Assembly: GCF_006345805.1 (NCBI RefSeq)
Contig: NC_043006.1
Coordinates: 58,528,001 to 58,592,000, forward strand
Origin: Octopus sinensis
Lineage: Eukaryota
Reading direction: 5' to 3'
DNA: 64,000 nucleotides
Made by a program: the position numbers and the translations under genes. Under the pieces are notes generated by a model that worked only from the letters and a program-made list of their open reading frames with translations, was not told where the DNA came from and did not search any database. This document shows, in pieces, positions 1 through 12,962 of the stretch; within the stretch, counting starts at the first letter, position 1, and every line of letters begins with the position of its first letter.

Positions 1-1116
1 AGTCAAGTGTGAAATGGAGCCTGTTGAGTGTCGAGCAGTGATCTGGTTTTTGTATTTGAAAGGACGCACACCACGGGAGACTTTTGATGAAATGAAAGTA
101 ACTTATGGTGATGATGCTCCATCATATGACCTTGTAAAACGCTGGCATTGTGAATTCAAACATAGTCGGAACTCTGTGGAAACAGCTCTCAGATCTGGTC
201 GCCCCCTTCTGCCGTTGATGAGACGTCTGTCCCTCAAGTTGAGGCTGCCATTTTGGAAGGTCAACGCATAACTATTCGCCAAATAGCCCATAAGGTCAAG
301 ATTAGTACCGGGTCTGTGGAAACTATCATTCATGACCATTTGCATATGCAAAAGGTGTCTGCCAGATGGATTTCCAGGTTGCTCACACCTTTCCAGAAGC
401 AAGAACGCGTTGAGTGCTCGAGGATGAATTTGGAGATGTGCCAAGAAGATGAGTCAAAATTTTTCAAAAGACTGATTACACAGGATAAAACCTGGGTCCA
501 TCACTATGATCCATAGACCAAAGCCCAGTCAATGTAGTGAAAGCACCGTGACTCACCTCCTCCAAAGAAGGCAAGGGTGCAGCCCTCCGCTGACAAGGTT
601 ATGCTCACAGTCTTCTGGGACCAGGACGGAGTAGTGATGACAGATTTCCTGGCAAAAGGTACCACAATTACAGGAGCCTATTATGCTTCACTTTTGAGGA
701 AATTAAGAGAAGCTATCAAAATCAAGAGGCGGGGCAAGATCAGCAAAGGCATCCTCCTCCTGCAGGACAACGCTCCGGTCCACAACTCGCGTGTCGCCAG
801 ATCAGAAGCACAGGCGTGCAGCTATGAACTCCTCCCCTTGCACCCTCTGATTTTCACCTCTTCCCAGCCATGAAGTTGATTTTGAAAGGAAAGCGTTTCC
901 CAGATGATGCAGCCTTGATTTCTGAAGTCACGTTGTCGTCGGAGGACCAAGCTGGGGTCTTCTACAAAAACGGTCTCCAGAGCTGTATCAAACGATGGGA
1001 GAAATGCATAACTCTGGGTAGTTCCTATGTAGGAAAAGACTAATAACTGTGCCAAGTGTCGTTGCTCTACTGCTATGGGAAGTGGGTCAGGGGCATTACT
1101 TATTGAACGCCCCTCG
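1..1116 (+). mobile_element. Mariner (DD34D) transposon remnant; left end outside the window
   Basis: HTH region (RAVIWFLYLKG...VKRW), DKTWVHHYDP, KVMLTVFWD and QDNAPVH, with stops and frameshifts; YSPDLAP segment deleted. Right TIR ends ...TTATTGAACGCCCCTCG followed by TA. Confidence 0.9.
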
Positions 1117-1356
1117 TATGTTTGGTACAGAGAGTGGAATCTCACAGTGAACGCGGTATATATATATGTATGCGATTTGAGAAAGCAGAAAATTTTGCAG
1201 ATGAGTTGTGCGTATTCAACGTCAATATTAGCGTTAACATGCAGTTTGGGGGTTGAAAAATCACCGGACTCTATTAACCGGAAGTGACGATAGTAACATC
1301 TTAAAATTTCACATAAACAAATCTATGTAACATAATAAATGCATAAAACGTATATA

Positions 1357-1915
1357 TTGGGTTGTCCGGAAAGTTCTTGCTGATTTTTAAAGGAAAGGAA
1401 AAGGTCAACAAATACTTGCCATTACATTTTTAATCAACCAAATATGAACCATTTTGTTGCACAATGCATCTCCATCTTTCCTTTAACTTGAAAATACCCT
1501 CTTCCCAGAATTGAGGTGGTTTCATGGCAAGAATTCATCAAGGTATCTTTTTACGTCATCCAAGGAATTGAAATTTTTACCATTAAGACTATTCTTTAGA
1601 GACCTGAATAAGTGGAAATCCGAAGGAGCAATATCTGGTGAATATGGAGGGTAGGGTAACACATCCCAGCCGAGCTGCAGCATTTTTTGTCTGGTTCCCA
1701 AAGCATCAAGTGCAGAAATTGAACTTTCTCATCTTCCATTTTAAAGGGTTACAGAATTAACACAGGTTATAGGAACCTTCTTACACGAAAAGATAGCTTA
1801 AACTGTGCTCTAAATGGAGATGTAGTCAAATCCTATTGTATGGACTCAACCATGTTCTAAAATAAGTTGAAAGGTAAGCTGCTATAAATCGGCACGAACT
1901 TTCCGGACAACCCAA
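1357..1915 (-). mobile_element. Internally deleted mariner element (559 bp)
   Basis: 30-bp TIRs TTGGGTTGTCCGGAAAGTTC(T/G)TGC(T/C)GATTT at both ends with flanking TA. The minus strand encodes WDVLPYPPYSPDIAPSDFHLFRSL. Confidence 0.9.
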
Positions 1916-2049
1916 TATATTTCATATAACATGAAGACCGTACATGTATATATAAATAAATATATAAATAAGATGAAAACAATCATATCTATGTTGGGTA
2001 TAGTACATTTGAACGGTGTATTTCTGCTGCTATTTCTGAAATATTTAAG

Positions 2050-2272
2050 ATATTGGTTTCAAATTTTGGACAAGATTAGCAATTTCAAAGGAGCGGGTGA
2101 GTCGATTACACCGTCCTTAGTGCTTAACTGGTGCTTATTTTATCGCCCTCGAAATGATGAAAGGCAAAGTCGAGCTCGGCGGAATTTGAACTTTGAATGT
2201 AAAGACGGACGAAATGCCTGTTAGTATCTTAATCGGTGTGCTACACAATTTTGCCAGTTCGCCGCGTTCTGA
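2050..2272 (-). mobile_element. SINE family B (GAGCTGGCAGAA head; GCCTTTCATCCTTTCGGGGTCGATAAA core)
   Basis: Match to about 10 other copies in the window. Confidence 0.75.
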
Positions 2273-2715
2273 AAGACTTAAAATATTAGTTTCAAATTTT
2301 GTTTCAAGACCAGCAAGTTGGGTGGGTGGGTGGGTGGGTGGGTGGGGAGATAAGTCGATTCCATCAATCCCATTCTGCCAGCTCATCGCCTTGAAATACT
2401 TAAGATATTAGAAGATATTGTAGTGAGCTCTTGGGATTCGAACTCTAAATTACCAGTTCATGTGAACAACTTAAATGTCAAACAAATCAGCTTGAAGCTA
2501 TGTCGTGAACACCATCTCTCATGTTCTCGAGATTCGCGCACTTTTCTCGTATGATATGCAATGCCCGCGAAGATCGAAGAACAAAGGTTCGAGAATACCA
2601 CAGAGGACACGCATCTCACCACTTGTTATAAGCTAGACTATGCAGAGCCATCTTAAGCAGCATTATAGGCCCCTGGGTAAATCCGTGCTCTGGACTCAAT
2701 GGCATTCATTTAACA

Positions 2716-2876
2716 GGCGCATGAGTGACTGTGTAGTAAGAAGCCTGATTCCCAACCACATGGTTCTGGGTTCAGTCCCACTGCGTGGCACCTTGGGCAA
2801 GTGTCTTCGACCATAGCCTCGGGATGATCAAAGTCTTGTGACTGGATTTGGTAGAAGGAAAGTGAAAGAAGCCCGT

Positions 2877-2956
<80 letters not shown>

Positions 2957-3165
2957 TTTGTGTCTGTGCTTGTTCCTCTATCACCGTTTGACAACGAGTG
3001 TTGGTGTGTTTACGTTCCCGTAAGATAGCAGTTCGGCAAAAGAAACCAATAGAATAAGTTTCAGGCTTAAAAAAAGTACTGGTGTCGATTCATTCGACTA
3101 AAAGTTTTTCAGGGCGGTGCCCAAACATGACTGCTGTTTGATGACTGAAACATGTAAAAGAAAGT
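2716..3165 (+). mobile_element. SINE family A (tRNA-like head, CCTTGGGCAAGTG core, internal microsatellite, GACTGAAAC..AAAAGAG tail)
   Basis: A/B-box-like head; at least 15 related copies in the window. Confidence 0.85.
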
Positions 3166-3351
3166 ATTACAAACCGCTTTTTCTTGATGTGTGCGAACAT
3201 ATTTGTGTGTGTGTGTGTGTCTTTGTGTCTGTGCTTGTTCCTCTATCACCGTTTGGCAACGAGTGTTGGTGTGTTTACGTTCCCGTAAGATAGCAGTTCG
3301 GCAAAAGAAACCAATAGAATAAGTTTCAGGCTTAAAAAAAGTACTGGTGTC

Positions 3352-3590
3352 TTAATCCGTCTGTCTGTCCTTGTTTGTCTCCTCTATGTTTAGCCCCTTG
3401 TGGGTAGTAAATAAATAGGTATTTCATCTGTCTTTACATTTTGAGTTCAAATTCCTTCGAGGACGACTTTGCCTTTCATCCCTTTCGGGGTCGATAAATT
3501 AAGTACCCGTTGCGTACTGGGATCGATCTAATCGACTGGCGCCCTCCCCAAAAATTTCGAGCCTTGTTCCCGGAGTAGAAAAGAATATAT
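3352..3590 (+). mobile_element. SINE family B, headless, fused to a family-A duplicate
   Basis: End of one unit followed by a terminal unit. Confidence 0.75.
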
Positions 3591-3861
3591 TATCTCCCCG
3601 TTTTGAAATAGCAAATGATTGCAATTAGAAGATGCATTAGTTGTCTGTTGAAATCTAATTCAAACTGATACAAACATAAAATGAAACTATCTTTTCCGGG
3701 TTTTATTCACCATTTAACGAAATATGTATTGTACTTGCTACAAAATATCGATCTCAGTACTTAACTGGTACTTATTTTACCAACCGTGAAAGGTAATGTC
3801 AACCTCAGAATTTTACCCGACATGCTAACGATTCTGCCGGCTCACCTCCTTACTCTGTTCT

Positions 3862-4252
3862 ATAATCTTTTGTGCTCTAGGCACAAGGCCCGAAATTTTG
3901 GGGGAGCGGGGCGCAGTCGTTTAATCGACTCGAGTACGCAACTGGTACTTAATTTATCGACCCCGAAAGGATGAAAAACAAAGTCGACCTCGGCGGAATT
4001 TGAACCCAGAACGTAGCGGCAGACGAAATACATATTTCTTTACTACCCACAAGGGGCTAAACACAGAGAGGACAAACAAGGACAGACAAACGGATTAAGT
4101 CGATTATATCGACCCCAGTGCGTAACTGGTACTTAATTTATCGTCCCCGAAAGGATGAAAGGCAAAGTCGACCTCGGCGGAATTTGAACTCAGACGAAAT
4201 ACGGCTACGCATTTCCCCCGGCGTGCTAACGTTTCTGCCAGCCCGCCGCCTT
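3862..4252 (-). mobile_element. SINE family B, tandem form
   Basis: Head plus two core units. Confidence 0.8.
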
Positions 4253-5180
4253 CTTACTCTGTTCTATAATGACAGGTTATAGTTCACTCAATATATTTTT
4301 AAGCAATGTAATTTTTATATATTTCCTTTGAGCGCAGAATATAAGCTGAACGGTATTCTGATTGAGGTTAATTCATAGAAACTATATTTTATAGCTATCC
4401 TCTTCAAAAGACCGCTTGTTAGAATGAATGTGAGTTGGTGAAGGCTATTAAATATTAGTAAAGGCTATCAAATGAGGATAGACACAGTCCATTATATCTC
4501 GGCTATCAAAATTACCAGCGCAATCCGAATGCACACAAGATGAATGATTAAGTTTCTTTCATACACTTACATACGCAGCATATATTTTATATCTATTGCT
4601 ATTCAAAAAAACATTGGATGTCCGCAGCTGATGCTTTCAAACTGTACATTTTATATCTACCTTTTCTTGAAATCTGTATCAGCTTCATATATACGCTCTG
4701 TACATTCATATATGTATTTTATTCATAAAATCGTATTGCTGTAGTTTTGTGGATTGAGTTGTGGTATCGCATCCATATTTACAATTGTGTACTTTCTGTC
4801 TGTCTTATTTAATATATGGTTCTGCTACACTTAGAAAATAAGTCAAGTAGGCATCTTTAATTTATGCTGATACATATACAAAGTGAAATGTGTGTTAGAT
4901 ATTTGTCGTATTAAAAAGACCAGATGACCGCAATAAAAAATGTTTGTGAATTAGCTTGCAAAGTCTGATTCATACCGTAGTCTGAAACTTGATACATACC
5001 GCACATTTTATACCTATCTTCTTCAAAATACAGATGATCATATTTACAACATATGTTAGTCAAGTGGAGAATGCTGTTTCGATGATATATGCACACCATA
5101 CAAAAAAGCTGATGATCACATTAAGAATGCACATGAGTTATAGAGTTGCGTATGGTAAATACACACGGTAAATTGAAGAC

Positions 5181-7526
5181 GGGGCAAAACAGACCCCTAT
5201 GAGAAAAGTTCGATGTTTCCGTCAAAAATGCACATATCTTAATGTAAATTGTTATGTGATTAGAGAATAGCCATTCATATGTTTCTGTGTAATATGATTA
5301 ATTGATAAAAAAAATCTTGCATAGATATGTACAAAAGAAATGTTTATTAGACAAGGCCCGTTTTGTCCCGGCACTGGGGCAAAAAGGTCCACGTTGGACC
5401 GTTTCGCCCCATAAGAATGTTTATTACATTTTGCCATATTCAAATACATACTCGTGTGTATTATACTGGAATACATCTTTTATTCATAAAACAACTGAAA
5501 ATGACAGAAATGAAAAGTAAACTATGATCATGAGAAATAATAGTTTCCTATTCTCTGTTTGCAGACCCATCCTTCCCCTGAAGGTTCATGGTTTTTTTTT
5601 ATTTTTATAAAGACACAGAAATAGTGCTCAATGTGACTGGTCAGCAAGGTAGCTGATTAGGGAACACATAGTTCACAAATTAATGTAACGTCATCAATTT
5701 CAACCCCAGCACATTTTCATGCCCCCGTTCTCTGCACAGCTAGCATTCAATCCAATATTCTGTCGTGGGTTCTTGATAAAGTTCGTCACAGAAAATGCAA
5801 TGGAACTCCTTGATTGTTGTTTTTGATGTGTAGGCTGGTGTCTTCATCACACTTCCAGGGCATTTCTCCTTGCTGTAGGTTTAGTTGTTAGTTTTTTCAT
5901 GGCTTTAGCTGAGAGAGAGTCTTTAAAGGGTAAACTGGTGAGGCACTCTGAAGTTTGAGCTCCTCTTTTTCTTGCTGTAGCCTGAGTTCATGGAACAGGC
6001 GACAAGGAAACAACAGGGATTCTTTGTTGTGTTGAATTGTGTAGGACTACCTCGGTGTCTTCTTGACTTTTGCATCCATCTGCACCTTTGACAGATAGAC
6101 AGGGAGGGCACAAGATCTACTTGTGGCTGTTCCTGTGATGGTGCTGGGCTTCTTTGGGATTAGCAATTTCAGTGACTTCTACCGAAATGAAATCGACATC
6201 ACCAAGTACGTCCAGATAGTATGGCCAGATCCCAGTGCAACGAGATCCACTGCAAGCATTCTGAACTGTTGCAGCTCGTATGAAGGCCTGCTAAAAAAAA
6301 AAAGCAGTAACTTTGAAGTCATCTCTCGCTGACCTGTGTGATTGATGATCCACTTGTCAACTTCCTGGTGATAAAAGGATTTGAGGGGCGCAAAAAGGTC
6401 CTGTCTAAGGGATGAAGCTTGTGGCTGATATGAGGTGGAATATCATGACTACACCACGCTTGCGATCAAGCTCAATTGCTTCCAAGTTAATGTGGCTGAT
6501 GTGATTGTCCAAAAAGAGGAGTACTTTTTTCTCAACAGATGGGTTTGTATGTTGAATGAAATGGCGTAGCCACTTAGAAAATGTTTCCTGGTCAATCCAT
6601 CCATTTTCGCTTCCATAAGCAACTGAACCTTCTGATGCTCCATGAAGCAGTAGGTCGGCTATGCGCTTCCTCTTGAAGATAAATGCAGGCGTCACAGTTC
6701 GTCCTTTCTCAGCACTAACAATTCGTCCAATATGCTTCGTTCCCTTCAGTGAGATGACTTTTGGAACTCTCTGCATTGAGAACAGACCTGTTTCATCCAT
6801 GTTGAAAATCCGATCAGTTGCTGGTAAACTTCTTTTATAACATCGAAAAATCTACCAACCTGAGCCCTGTTGAATGCTGCAGCACGACCAACACTCGTTA
6901 ACTGGGCAGTGCGCAAGCTCAGTGTTATGTGACGCTTTAAAAAACAAACCAGCCAGTCTGCTTCGGCTTCTTTTTCTTTATTGAATTTATGGGGGACCTT
7001 GTAGGTCTCAACAACCTCAAAAGATAAGGAACGCCAACCTCTTGAAGTGAGACCATAAAATGTTCATTTCAGGTAGACGCTGTGCTCTAGTAGTTCCTCC
7101 TCAAAATTCTTTAGCGTTGGCAAAAAATGCCCTAAAGAAAGCTGGCCAGGAGAAACACTTTGCCTTCCAGGTGTCTCTTCAGGGTTGTCTTGGGGACTTC
7201 ATGTTGCTTTGCTGCCTGGCGAAGAGGACTTACTTGTCGGACAGATTGCATGGCTGCCTGTATGTTATCTAGAGTCCAAGAGCCTCTTCCAGTTTTACGA
7301 ATGTAATTTCTCACCATCTGAAAATAATAAACAAAATGGGATGAAAAAAAGTGAGATAAAACTCATGCGCGTTCACACCCAAACAAACACCGGCGCTCAC
7401 ACCCCTGCACACACACACAGACACACACATGCACACACATCCATACACACATACAAAAACACACGTGCACATACTCGCATTTGCATACACATACACCCAT
7501 ACAAACAAACTCACATACACACACAT

Positions 7527-7571
<45 letters not shown>

Positions 7572-8085
7572 CACACACACACATGCACACGCATGTGCAT
7601 ACATACACAAACACAAACACATACGCACACACGCGCACAAATAACATACATACATTTGGGGGGAAACGGGACAGTGGACCGTTTTGCTCTAACACCCTCT
7701 GGTCCGTTTTGCCCCATTCAGGTTACAACAAAAAAATGTCTGCTCTGCATCCAAACCAAAGGGAAAAATCAAGGTTATTGCTGCTTAAACATTGACATTT
7801 AAAATGCTTAAAAACATGATAGGCCATACTTACCTAAGGTGTTGGTATTCGTTCCATTAACATGATATATTTGAAAGCAATACTCACAATGGAGACTTGA
7901 ATGTCAGTATCTTTCTTCCTGTGTCGTGAAAACTGCCGTCAAAATGAAATTTGGGGGGGGATGTGAGATCAAAGGGAGGCAACTTTGAATTAGAAAGCGT
8001 TCGCGAGGGTTAAGTCCCATTTAGATGTCTAAAATGGGGCTGGTCCGTTTTACGCCAGTGGTCCATCTTGCCCCGGTTTTTCCCC
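5181..8085 (-). mobile_element. Pogo/Tigger-like transposon, degenerate (HTH_psq - DDE_1 - PHD-like finger)
   Basis: ORF 7132-7317 (LRQAAKQHEVPKTTLKRH) and ORF 6405-6800 (MDETG, NGWIDQETF, LLFLDNHISH). CIFC...WIEC*LC...H near 5700-5800. Terminal GGWCCGTTTTGCCCC repeats; right end ...TTTTCCCC followed by TA. Confidence 0.85.
7400..7650. repeat. (CA)n-rich microsatellite inside the pogo element
   Basis: Directly visible. Confidence 0.9.
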
Positions 8086-8673
8086 TAATGCATCGGTCCA
8101 TTTTATTAAAGTGCTTCCGATAGATTCCCGTGGCGTAAAAAATATGTTTCGTTGTGGAAAAGTGATGGTAAAAGGGTGTGTGCGATAAAGAGAGAGAGAG
8201 AGAGAAAGAGAAATAGAGAAATTCAAAAGAACGCTACAAGACGTGCACACATATACACACATACGAACGTTATTGGCGCACACACACACACACATACACT
8301 GATGATAATTAGTTGTGTATGTGTAAATGTGCACATACTATTACCATTCGTATATATGTGTATGTGTGCACGTGCCAGTAGCGTTTGTTTGACACCCTCT
8401 CCCTCTCTCTCTCTCTCTTTCTTTCTTTCATTATTTATTTATCTAGCGATTTAACACGTGTAATAGAGCAATGAACATCTATCTAATTCCTCTGATTCTG
8501 CAGTAATTATGTGAGAGAATATGATGCTTCTTCCTGACTCCAGAGTGGGGTGCCTTCGATCAGCTGTGCACCCTGCACTCCACCGAACCTAGGCTAGTGA
8601 CTGCGCTACTGCTCTCCCATTCTCATTATTCAAACCTACAGACCACATTCCACGCTCTCTCTTCACCACCACC

Positions 8674-8762
<89 letters not shown>

Positions 8763-8766
<4 letters not shown>

Positions 8767-8952
8767 CCTGCTCTAACTCTTCTCAGGGAAACTAGGTAGG
8801 GAGGTGCTGGGCACGTCAGTTGTCTCCCCCTTACCGTGCATTTTTTTTATCCGAGATGCTATTTCTTCAAAGTCCTTTATGATGGACACGGGTTCCAGTG
8901 TAAGCATTTAACCCCGAAGGTTTACTTCCACCACTCCTGGTCTTTCCGACGT
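8763..8952 (+). repeat. Second copy of the Gypsy-associated segment at 25035-25234
   Basis: Near-identical apart from an 11-bp indel and a few substitutions; both copies run into (CT)n. Confidence 0.9.
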
Positions 8953-8964
8953 CTCTCTCTCTCA

Positions 8965-9031
<67 letters not shown>

Positions 9032-9634
9032 CCTCTCATTTTCCAGCCCTCCGTCCTTCAATGAAAGACAAACTCCTCCACAACTTCCGAATTCTACTTT
9101 CTGGTCCTACTACTACCACTCCGATCTTTCCCGCAATATCTCTCCTCACCTTCAATAAAGATGAGAGCCTCGGCAGCCCCACACAACCAAAAACTTTTTT
9201 AAGTATGCTCGCCAACGATACAACACTTTTCCCCCCAAAATTAACAAGACTACGACCATCACCGGGCCGAAGTCACGATATCATATTATCCAGAACTTCT
9301 GTTGCCCATGTTCCAGCCATCTGCAAGCTTTGTGACACTCTATACTGGATAAACAAACCGACACCTTGCAGATCAATTTCGAGAACACAATCTAGGTGCG
9401 ATTGTCTTACGTTTTAAATAGCATTCACTTAAACTGACCTTGTGTCACCGTGCTATACAACTTACATTTCACTGCTAAAAAGTATTTGAGTAAGACATTT
9501 ATACGTCTATCAAAGGATTCGCCCACTACTTTCAATAGAAGTAACATTTCCTACCATTTATAAAACTGTCGTTATTTTTGGCGCAACGGGAACACTAATG
9601 TGAATATATTTATAGATACACATACATACATGCG

Positions 9635-9668
<34 letters not shown>

Positions 9669-9686
9669 TGTATGTATGTATGTATG

Positions 9687-9951
9687 AATGTGGTGTAACA
9701 CACCATACTAATCATATCTGTCGGGCATGTGGAAGAGAGTGTAATTCGGCAGGAGGACTTAAACGACATGCAAAGGTACATGAAGCCCAGTTACAACTAC
9801 AGCAGGCTATTACCAGTAAAGGTTTTAGTTGCCAATTTTGTACAAGACATTGTAGATCTTTAGCTGGGCTAAAAAGTCACATTCGATCACAGCACCAGTA
9901 ACAATTAAGCTTCGTGCAATGGCCATACTCGATAACGAGGGGGCAGCCATA

Positions 9952-9952
<1 letters not shown>
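9687..9952 (+). mobile_element. 3' end of an RTE-type LINE (two C2H2 fingers, 3' hairpin, (ATGT)n tail)
   Basis: CRACGRECNSAGGLKRHAKVH and CQFCTRHCRSLAGLKSHIRSQH*, then a short UTR with hairpin CTCG-ATAA-CGAG, then a tetranucleotide tail. Confidence 0.65.
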
Positions 9953-9982
<30 letters not shown>

Positions 9983-10103
9983 TGTATGTATGTATGTATG
10001 TATGTATGTATGTATGTATGTATGTATGTATGTATGAATGTATATGTGTGAGTGTGCGCGTGTGTGGACTAAGTGGACCAGGAGCACACACGAGGACGGA
10101 AAA

Positions 10104-10146
10104 TGTCGCTGAAGAGGTCACAGATGTGTGTCGAAAGATTTCGAAA
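10104..10146 (+). ncRNA. Degenerate hammerhead-like motif
   Basis: tgtcg-CTGAAGA-G-GTCACA gatg TGTGTC-GAAA-gatT-T-cgaaa. Stem II pairs 5/6 and stem I 4/5; stem III is weak. Confidence 0.35.
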
Positions 10147-10249
10147 CAATGGACATGAGTTAAAATAAGAACAGTAATAAACGAGTGACGAACGAAAATA
10201 TAAATATATGCACTAACAATACAAACAAAACAAATCACTCACAAATACA

Positions 10250-11085
10250 GCGCGCACACACACATACACACACACACACATGTACACACACACACACACA
10301 CACCCGGAAAACTATATAAACCATACTCACATATTTACACACACACAAAAACGCATACCCAGTACCAACATGCACAGAACGTACACGCACACACATACAC
10401 ACCACCCGGATAAACCCAACACTCACAGAACCCCTGATAAATGCAGCACACTCACACACAATTAATTATCATCACACACACAAACACACCCACACATACG
10501 TACACACACATACATTTGCACCTTCACACACACATAAGGCAGCTCACATACACACACCACCACCACCAACAGAAACATACTCAGACACACTCACACACAC
10601 ACACACATACGCACACACACACACACTCACGTACACTCACACTCACGTACACACGCATAACATCCCCACCAACACAAAACACACAAACATACACACATGT
10701 GAACAAACACATACACATGCGCACACACAACACCCAGACAAATACTATTCACACACATACACACACACCACCAGGACAATTATAACAACACATACATACA
10801 TACTCAGACAGACACACACACACGTACACACACATTCACGTACACACACACTCACGTACACACACACTCACATACACACACATAACATCCCCACCAAAGC
10901 AATACATACATGCGAACAAATACATCCACACACATGCACACACACGACACCCTGGCAAATACTAATCACAGACATACATACACACACAAACGTGCACACA
11001 TATACTCACACCATCCTACCAAATATAAAACACAAGCACATGTATATATACACACACACATTGAGACGTGCGCAGAGACACACAC
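10250..11085. repeat. Long degenerate (CA)-rich tract
   Basis: Directly visible; includes sub-repeats such as CACACTCACGTACAC and ATAACATCCCCACCAA. Confidence 0.9.
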
Positions 11086-11637
11086 TCACACCATTCTGAC
11101 CTCTAAGACCAGTCTCAAAAACCACTGAACCATGACAGACAAGCCCAGAAACAAAAAAATCCCTTTTGTTCTACCTCCTCCCATCCCCAACCAACCTCCC
11201 ACACTGAACCTTAAGATAGGAAACATTCCTTAGCTAAACACAAGTGAAAATTTCAGAAAGGTCAGTTATTCTTCTGCAATTTTTTGTAAATTCTTAAATA
11301 TATCTCCTTCTATATATATATATACCACCAAACAAACATGATTTTTATTGGACTCTACTTTCTGGAATCCCATTCTGATTACTTTCTTAAATACTTTCTT
11401 GTAAGCTGACTTTAACATTTTTTTGTTATTATCAAAGAATGTATACCCGTATTTTAATACTTTTGTGATAACCAGTACTTAACACAACAAAGCTCGTACA
11501 AAGCTTTACATTTTACTTTTGACAATCTTTTTCTAAAAAAGTGAAACCGGTCAAGTGAATAAACATCTTTAAAATTGCATATTCAAACCTTCTTTCATAT
11601 ATATTCCACTCGTGCGGTACCTTACAACTTTACCTTG

Positions 11638-11857
<220 letters not shown>

Positions 11858-11949
11858 GATGTATAATTATTATATTTTTCATGACGTATATATTATATAC
11901 ATAGTAAAATTATTAATAGTGAAACTTTTAAAACTGAAACTATTATCTC

Positions 11950-12123
11950 ACATTACAATAGAGATGTTATTTTTTCACTTTTGATCCGTAATACCGAAAC
12001 CGTCAGAGATTGAACTGGGCTCGCATTAGGCAAGAAGTTGAAAATTTTTGGGCCCATGACACTCCATGGACCGTAAGTAGCGTTTGTGTAAAATTGGAAT
12101 GAAATTGGTTGGGTAGTTCTCGA

Positions 12124-12125
<2 letters not shown>
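11950..12125 (-). mobile_element. Fragment of the same Helitron-like family as 22464-23621
   Basis: The reverse complement aligns by eye with 22665-22860 (GAGAACTAC.CAACCAATTTCATTC.AATTTTACAC...). Confidence 0.7.
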
Positions 12126-12183
<58 letters not shown>

Positions 12184-12962
12184 TGGTGTGTGTGTGTGTA
12201 TGTGCGTGCGTTTGTATATGAATAGGACCTCGTTTAACCCTGCCTGCCTCAGATTCGAAACCAAATCCACACACTTGTTGTTTGTCAAACAAGTGTCATC
12301 TTTTGTGTTTACATCTCCACACCGGTCGATTAATGTCCTCGTAGGACCTTGCTGTCTCGGAAAACTCAGTCTTTTGTTTAGAATTTTACCTACATCCTAG
12401 CATAGTCGACATAACAGAGACCTTTTCGTTTCTCGCCCGCCCTCTTTTTTGTCAGCCATGACCAGGAACAGCACTTCTCTTCGTCCTTCAGTCGCCATGC
12501 GAAGGGCAGTTCGGCCAAAATCAAGAAGGGACGATGCCACCTTTATCCTTTCTTCCTCTCTTGTCAGTACCGTGCATTCCCTACTCTTTCTTTCTCTACC
12601 AACAGAACGCATCTTTCACACTACAGAAAGAACCCTTTTTCGTGTAAACTATGTATAGTTATTACTGTCTTACTAACTACTAACCTCTTACCGAGCAAAT
12701 AAAGGATGTAATATTCCTTCCTTTTCGATGTTATTCTTCGATGTTCTTCACTGGTATTTCCGTCGTGAGCACCTCACATCAACAAGCGTTACATCTACAC
12801 TGAACTAGTGTAAGACAAAAGTCACCTAGGACAAAAGCCCCTCAGGAAAAAACCCTATAGTGAAAGTATAAGTGAAAAAAAACCCCTCGGTTATTTAGGC
12901 GTGGGAAGTCGCTAATAAAAACTTCAACACTTTAATAACTGGTCTGAATCATTAATCCAAAC

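Noticed and set aside
9644-9901. Host C2H2 zinc-finger gene
   Set aside because: The start lies in a microsatellite, there are no TGEKP linkers, and it is followed by a LINE-like hairpin and repeat tail, so it is better explained as an RTE 3' end.
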